Assembly (NCBI GenBank): GCA_964501535.1
Contig: CAZCSV010000002.1
Span: 413,960-477,959 of the forward strand
DNA: 64,000 bases
Direction: 5' to 3'
Source of the DNA: an uncultured Ignavibacteriaceae bacterium
GTDB taxonomy: Bacteria > Bacteroidota > Ignavibacteria > Tepidaquicellales > Tepidaquicellaceae
Shown piece by piece: positions 58,737 to 64,000 of this stretch (position 1 is the stretch's first letter; each line of letters opens with the position of its first letter). The notes beneath the pieces were generated by a model. The model searched no databases. It had not been told where the DNA came from and saw only the letters and a program-made list of their open reading frames with translations. The position numbers and the translations under genes are program-made.

Positions 58737-60125
58737 ATGCTTGGACTAATTCCGTCATACACTTATGATTTTGAGCAGCTCTGGTCATTGTTGATTAATC
58801 GGAACAAATGGATAATTAAACTAAGGTATTTTGTCTCCATTGGTCTGGCTTCCTTTACGGTCATCTCGTCTCAGATTCTGGAACTGGATTTCAGCAAAAC
58901 GCAGTTCAATGCACTTATAATTATTTCCGTCTTTATTTTATTATACAATTTTCTCCTGAATTATCTAATCAATGCTCAGTTTGTGAAAAACGACCCCGAG
59001 CGTTTCAATCCGATGCATATTTCGCTTCTCCAGATTCTTACCGACCAGGTAGCACTCGCCGCTGTCATATATTATACGGGAGGAATAGAAAGCCCGTTTT
59101 ACATTTTCTTTATCTTCCATATGATTATTGGAAGCCTCATACTCTCCGGTTTCGTTATTTATTCCATTGCGGGCATAACAGTAATATGCTTTTACATTGC
59201 GTCTCTTCTGGAATATTTTGCCGTAATACCTCATCATAAATTCGGAGTCCTGCTGAGTTTTCCTATTTACAACGAGCTTGATTATGTGTTGCTCTTTGCC
59301 ACTTCATTTGGAATTACTATGGTCGTTAGCATATTCTTTGCGAATTCGATAGCACACTCCCACTATGTTAACGGACAGAAACTGAAATTGGCTTATGAAA
59401 AGCTCAGAGAAGCAGAGGTAGTAAAGCAGAAATATACGATTGGCATTGTTCATGAAATAAAATCGCCCCTTTCGTCCGTACAGTCCTTTCACGATATTAT
59501 ACTCGAGGGTTATACGGGCCCTATCAATCCGCAGGCGAAGGAAAAACTGATAAGGGCAAGGGCAAGAACGGACGAGGCAATTCAGATTATAAACGATGTC
59601 CTGAGCATCTCGAAACTGAAACTGCAGGTGGGAATAAAAAAGGAGGATGTTGATTTAATTCAGCTCCTGCATAAAATAATCGCAAAGAAAAAAGTTCAGG
59701 CGGATTACTTGAGAATTGCGATTAATTTTTATGATTTAAGTACGAAAAAAGACGTGTTAAAAGGGGATTGTACTTTGCTGGAACTTGCTTTTTCGAATCT
59801 GATTGGGAACGGAATAAAATATTCGAATCCGGGAGGAACGGTCGAAATAGTCGTTGAAGACGGGAAGAGCGACAGTGAAATGGATATTGAAATATGCGAT
59901 GACGGAATCGGGATTCCGGAAAAAGACCAGGTGAAAATTTTCAATGAATTTTTCAGAGCATCAAATGTAAAACATAAAAATTATGAAGGAACTGGTCTCG
60001 GACTTTCGGTGGTCAAACAGATTGTTGAACAGCACGGAGGTAAAATCACTTTTAAAAGCCCTTCGAGAATGGCAAAAGAAAACGGTCCCGGGACTTGTTT
60101 CAGAGTCACGTTGAAAAGAGAATAA
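58737..60125 (+). CDS. Membrane sensor histidine kinase (polytopic N-terminus, HisKA + HATPase)
   Basis: 462-aa ORF with about 6 TM helices including YYTGGIESPF. The H-box is VHEIKSPLSSV. HATPase motifs are NLIGNGIKYS, DDGIGI and GTGLGLS. Confidence 0.8.
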   Translation: MLGLIPSYTYDFEQLWSLLINRNKWIIKLRYFVSIGLASFTVISSQILELDFSKTQFNALIIISVFILLYNFLLNYLINAQFVKNDPERFNPMHISLLQILTDQVALAAVIYYTGGIESPFYIFFIFHMIIGSLILSGFVIYSIAGITVICFYIASLLEYFAVIPHHKFGVLLSFPIYNELDYVLLFATSFGITMVVSIFFANSIAHSHYVNGQKLKLAYEKLREAEVVKQKYTIGIVHEIKSPLSSVQSFHDIILEGYTGPINPQAKEKLIRARARTDEAIQIINDVLSISKLKLQVGIKKEDVDLIQLLHKIIAKKKVQADYLRIAINFYDLSTKKDVLKGDCTLLELAFSNLIGNGIKYSNPGGTVEIVVEDGKSDSEMDIEICDDGIGIPEKDQVKIFNEFFRASNVKHKNYEGTGLGLSVVKQIVEQHGGKITFKSPSRMAKENGPGTCFRVTLKRE

Positions 60126-60187
60126 TGAATTTGAAAAAAAATGCGAATTGTTTTATAGAAGATATTTTTTAAAATCAAAATTGGATT

Positions 60188-62170
60188 ATGAGAAAAAATA
60201 TGCTAAGGAGCATTCAGTATTATCTGATTAAATATTTTTCGATAGCAATTTTAATTCCTACCGTAATACTGAGTATTATCGGTACGAAAATAATATATAA
60301 CCAGGTTATAACCAGGGCTGAAACGAAAACGATTTCGGATTTGAATTATGCAAAGGAGATTTACAGAAACAAAATATCGTCGATTGAAGCCGCAACACGT
60401 CTGACCGCATTAAGAGGATTCATTATTTCGTCCCTGATAGAAAATAAATCCGACACTTTACAGAAAGAACTGCGTCAGACATTGATGACGGAAAAGCTGG
60501 ATTTCTTTACGATGGTAAACAGTAAGGGCGTTGTGGTCTGCAGAGGCAGAAATCCTCTGTCAAAAGGTGATACACTGATTAATGACAAATATGTTAAAAG
60601 AGTATTATTGACAAAAGAAAACGTATCCGGAACAGATGTAATGAGTTCGTACGAATTATATAAGGAATCGAATGAGCTGGTTGAAAATGCATATATGAAA
60701 ATTATTTCCACACCGAAATCAAAACCAAGAGCAGACTCGGTCGAGACTACGGGAATGGTTTTAAAATCAGCTGTTCCAGTTTTTGACAGGAATAAGGAAT
60801 TGGTCGGTGTGCTGATAGCAGGCGTGTTATTGAACAGAAATCATGAAATCCTGCACAAAGTCAAGGAAATTGTGCACGAAAAAGAAATTTACAAAGGAAA
60901 GGAAATCGGAACCGAAACAATATTCTATAAAGACCTGAGAATAAGCACCAATGTGAAAAATCTGGACGGAAGTTATGCAATCGGTACATTGGTATCGGAA
61001 GAAGTTTACGAAAAAACGCTTGAAAAAGGCGAACGCTGGATTGGAGATGCATTCGTCGTTAATTCCTGGTATATCAGCGCATATGAACCTATAAAAGATA
61101 TTGACGGAAATAACATTGGAATGCTGTATGTCGGACTGCTGAAACAACCTTTCAGCGATTTGCTTGCAAGTACGATATTGATATTTCTTGGTGTTGCTGT
61201 GGTTGTGCTGGTGATTATATACCTGGTTGCTATTATGTTGTCAAACAGAATCACATCGCCGCTGAGAGTCTTGGAGGAGGTTGCAAGGAAATTCGCTGAC
61301 GGGGATTACAAATCGGAGTTTACGATAAGAAAAGCTCCAAGGGAAGTAAAAAGTCTTGCTGTTGCATTGAATAAAATGGCGGAAGAGGTTGAAAATGAAA
61401 AGAAGGAACTCGAGGAATGGGCTGATACCATGGAAGAGAAAGTTCAGGAACGGACTGCGGAATTGAAAAAAATACACGGACAGTTGTTCCGCTCCGAAAA
61501 ACTTGCCTCGATAGGAAAATTAGCGGCCGGCGTTGCTCACGAAATAAATAATCCGTTAACAGGAATATTGACGAACGCAAGTTTACTGCTGGAAGATTTA
61601 AAAGAAGGTGATTCGAAAAGGGATGATGTACAGGTAATCGTGAACGAAACAATCAGGTGCAGGGAAATCGTTAAGAGATTGCTCGATTTTGCCAGACAGA
61701 CAAAACCGCAGAAAAGTTTAACTAACATAAATTCTCTGATAGATAATATAGTTCTGCTTGTAAGAAATCAGACCTCATTTAGAAATGTGAATATTGAGAG
61801 GTATTTTGCCGATGAGATACCGGAAATAATGGTCGACAAAGACCAGATTCAGCAGGTGTTTATCAATTTGATATTGAATGCTTCCGATGCAATGCCGAAT
61901 GGCGGAGATATAAAGATATTATCGCGTATAATAGAAAACGGCGAGTATATAGAAGTGAGATTTGCGGATAACGGATCGGGTATTTCCGAAGAGAATAAAC
62001 ACAAGATATTCGACCCGTTTTTTACTACGAAGGAAAACGGAACGGGTCTCGGATTGTCCATTACATACGGTATCGTTGAACAGCACGGCGGAACTATTAA
62101 TTTAGAGAGTGAATTGGGCAAGGGAACTACCTTTATAGTTCTTCTGCCGATTAAACAATTAACGGAATAA
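60188..62170 (+). CDS. Sensor histidine kinase with large periplasmic (Cache-like) domain, HAMP, HisKA, HATPase
   Basis: 660-aa ORF with two TM helices bracketing about 290 aa. The HAMP segment is RITSPLRVLEEVARKFADGD. The H-box is AHEINNPLTGI, and the HATPase carries DNGSGI and GTGLGLS. Confidence 0.8.
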   Translation: MRKNMLRSIQYYLIKYFSIAILIPTVILSIIGTKIIYNQVITRAETKTISDLNYAKEIYRNKISSIEAATRLTALRGFIISSLIENKSDTLQKELRQTLMTEKLDFFTMVNSKGVVVCRGRNPLSKGDTLINDKYVKRVLLTKENVSGTDVMSSYELYKESNELVENAYMKIISTPKSKPRADSVETTGMVLKSAVPVFDRNKELVGVLIAGVLLNRNHEILHKVKEIVHEKEIYKGKEIGTETIFYKDLRISTNVKNLDGSYAIGTLVSEEVYEKTLEKGERWIGDAFVVNSWYISAYEPIKDIDGNNIGMLYVGLLKQPFSDLLASTILIFLGVAVVVLVIIYLVAIMLSNRITSPLRVLEEVARKFADGDYKSEFTIRKAPREVKSLAVALNKMAEEVENEKKELEEWADTMEEKVQERTAELKKIHGQLFRSEKLASIGKLAAGVAHEINNPLTGILTNASLLLEDLKEGDSKRDDVQVIVNETIRCREIVKRLLDFARQTKPQKSLTNINSLIDNIVLLVRNQTSFRNVNIERYFADEIPEIMVDKDQIQQVFINLILNASDAMPNGGDIKILSRIIENGEYIEVRFADNGSGISEENKHKIFDPFFTTKENGTGLGLSITYGIVEQHGGTINLESELGKGTTFIVLLPIKQLTE

Positions 62171-63567
62171 TGAAAGCAAATATATTAGTAATAGATGATG
62201 AACTTGTGATCTGCCAGAGCTGTGAAAAAATATTTCTCAAAGCAGGTCATAATGTTGCATATTCGACAAGCGGGAATCAGGCACTTGCTATGCTCGAAGA
62301 AAAAACGTTCGATGTCGTGTTTACGGATTTGAAAATGGTCGACATTGGCGGAATGGAAGTCCTGCAAGCTATAAAACAAAAGTATCCCGATACGGTCGTG
62401 GTTGTGATTACGGGTTATGCTACGGTCGCATCCGCTGTCGAAACAATGAGGTATGGCGCTTTCGACTATCTCCCGAAACCTTTTACACCTCAGGAAATCT
62501 TGACAGTCTTGAACAGAGCGCTCGAAAAAAGAAACCTGATTAAAATTACAACCGAAGAATACAACTATTCCGACGTATCGGGCTTCGAGGGGATAATCGG
62601 AAAAAGTCCGAGTATTGTCAGAGTATATAATCTTATTAATAAAGTAGCACCGACTGACAGTACGGTATTGATATTAGGGGAAAGCGGTACCGGAAAAGAA
62701 CTTACGGCACGGGCTATTCACCGGAAGAGTCTGAGAAAAGAGAATAAATTTTTTCCGATTGATATTTCGAGCCTGCCCGCTAATTTAATAGAAAGCGAAT
62801 TATTCGGACATATAAAGGGCTCTTTTACCGGTGCCGTCTCAGATAAAATCGGAGTCTTTGAAGCAGCCGATAAGGGAACAATCTTTTTGGATGAAATTGG
62901 AAATCTTCCCCTCGATATACAGTCACGGTTGTTAAGGGTATTGCAGGAAAAAGAATTCCTTCCCGTTGGAAGCACACAGGTAAGAAAAGTCGATGTGAGA
63001 ATGATATTCGCTACAAACCAGAATTTGAAAAAGGCAGTCGAAGAGGGTAAATTCAGAGAGGATCTATATTACAGATTAAATGTCTTTCCCGTTAAACTGC
63101 CCGCATTAAGGGAAAGAAAAGAAGATATTCCGGAATTGGCATTGTACTTTTTAAAGAAATATTGCGAAAAGATCGACAGGAATATACCCGTTATTGATTT
63201 GGAAGCAATGGAAATGCTTCAAAATTATCATTGGCCGGGCAATATCAGGGAACTTGAACATATAATAGAGCGTCTGTCCATTATTGTTGAAGAAAATGAA
63301 ATAAAATCTGTCAATATATCATCGGTATTGTTTAAAACAGATTCAATAAATAGTTCCGTTTTACCGAAAAACATATACGACCTGAATAACTTCAAAAAAC
63401 AGATTAAAGAGACTTCGATTAAGGAAATCGAAAAACTGTTCGTTACGGAGGCATTACTGAGAAATAATTGGAACATCTCAAAAGCCGCTCTTGACGTTAG
63501 TATGCAAAGGTCGAATTTTCAGGCTTTAATGAAAAAATATGGCGTAAAAAAACCGGATGATGTATAA
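62170..63567 (+). CDS. Sigma-54-dependent (NtrC-family) response regulator
   Basis: 465-aa ORF with a receiver (ILVIDDE ... FTDLKMVD), an AAA+ sigma-54 activator core (GESGTGKE, GSFTGA, ESELFGH, DEIG) and a C-terminal Fis-type HTH. A TAATG stop/start junction links it to the upstream kinase. Confidence 0.85.
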   Translation: MKANILVIDDELVICQSCEKIFLKAGHNVAYSTSGNQALAMLEEKTFDVVFTDLKMVDIGGMEVLQAIKQKYPDTVVVVITGYATVASAVETMRYGAFDYLPKPFTPQEILTVLNRALEKRNLIKITTEEYNYSDVSGFEGIIGKSPSIVRVYNLINKVAPTDSTVLILGESGTGKELTARAIHRKSLRKENKFFPIDISSLPANLIESELFGHIKGSFTGAVSDKIGVFEAADKGTIFLDEIGNLPLDIQSRLLRVLQEKEFLPVGSTQVRKVDVRMIFATNQNLKKAVEEGKFREDLYYRLNVFPVKLPALRERKEDIPELALYFLKKYCEKIDRNIPVIDLEAMEMLQNYHWPGNIRELEHIIERLSIIVEENEIKSVNISSVLFKTDSINSSVLPKNIYDLNNFKKQIKETSIKEIEKLFVTEALLRNNWNISKAALDVSMQRSNFQALMKKYGVKKPDDV

Positions 63568-63779
63568 ATATATGAAAAAATAATATTAAAGGCTAATCCA
63601 ATCACTGCATATTTTATTATATATCTGCATAAATATTTATACACTGCAAAAGTTGAAATTTATCAATCCTATTTGATTTAAACCGATTTTCAATAAAAAA
63701 ATGCCGGAAACGTGCATATAGATTTATGCACCTTAAAGAGAAATATCATTAATTTTTTGAAATTTTATGATTTTTTCAT

Positions 63780-63795
63780 TGGCACGGCACTTGTA
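63780..63795 (+). promoter_or_regulatory. Sigma-54 (-24/-12) promoter
   Basis: TGGCAC-GGCAC-TTGTA matches the TGGCAC-N5-TTGC(A/T) consensus in all but one position. It lies about 55 nt upstream of the ATG at 63850. Confidence 0.65.
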
Positions 63796-63849
63796 TTATA
63801 TAAGGAAAACAAGAATAAAAAAACAAAAATAAATATAAGGAATAAAAAA

Positions 63850-64000
63850 ATGATTACAGAAAAAATTTTGGTAGTGGACGACGAATCAACAATCTGCGAC
63901 AGTGTTAAAAAGATTTTATCGAGAAAAGGTTATGAAGTGGAAAATACTTTAAATGCTTCGGACGCCATTGAAAGAATGAAAAAGGAAAAATTTGACATAG
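63850..64000 (+). CDS. Response regulator receiver domain, 5' partial (runs off the window)
   Basis: My translation is MITEKILVVDDESTICDSVKKILSRKGYEVENTLNASDAIERMKKEKFDI. This resembles the receiver N-terminus of 62170..63567. An AAGGA Shine-Dalgarno sequence lies upstream. Confidence 0.7.
   Translation, partial: MITEKILVVDDESTICDSVKKILSRKGYEVENTLNASDAIERMKKEKFDI

Overview
This is a low-GC (about one third G+C by eye) bacterial chromosomal segment. Four proteins end in a T9SS-type C-terminal sorting domain with the signature (F/Y)QN(Y/F)PNPFNP. Together with sigma-54 signalling, this suggests an FCB-group organism, possibly Ignavibacteria-like; the taxonomy is inference only. I could support about 50 CDS, one tRNA-Lys(CTT), several intrinsic terminators and one good sigma-54 promoter.

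Gene content along the window:
- 0-11 kb: a housekeeping block with comEA, ymdB, an M19 dipeptidase, an SPFH protein, an S41 protease, tmk, nusB and an MFS transporter.
- 11-15 kb: a BNR/T9SS protein and a TonB-dependent receptor.
- 15-19 kb: a LytS/LytTR two-component pair followed by two tandem paralogous small membrane proteins, which are separated by a structured repeat region.
- 19-23 kb: two more T9SS cargo proteins and purE-purC.
- 24-27 kb: a tRNA-Lys locus with decayed duplicates.
- 25-31 kb: a DEAD-box helicase, an LtaS-family sulfatase, a DUF4126 protein and a metallophosphoesterase.
- 31-40 kb, minus strand: an HK-NarL RR-CheY-gdhA block followed by two unusual PEP/pyruvate-binding (PPDK_N) proteins.
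- 41-53 kb: a 1889-aa beta-helix/dockerin protein with a small T9SS partner, and a 1690-aa thioester alpha-2-macroglobulin.
- 53-64 kb: a complete hypABFCDE hydrogenase-maturation operon, then two histidine kinases and two response regulators (one NtrC-type, one truncated by the window edge).

Most interesting observations:
1. The coupled pair of PPDK_N proteins lacks a swivel domain. The larger one is fused to a Pol-beta nucleotidyltransferase and carries an N-terminal module that is also found in the nearby histidine kinase.
2. A roughly 105-nt periodic hairpin plus conserved-box element lies between the duplicated small genes.
3. A giant dockerin-bearing protein sits next to a possible cohesin-like T9SS-anchored partner.

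I saw no CRISPR array, transposase, integrase or recognisable defence genes.
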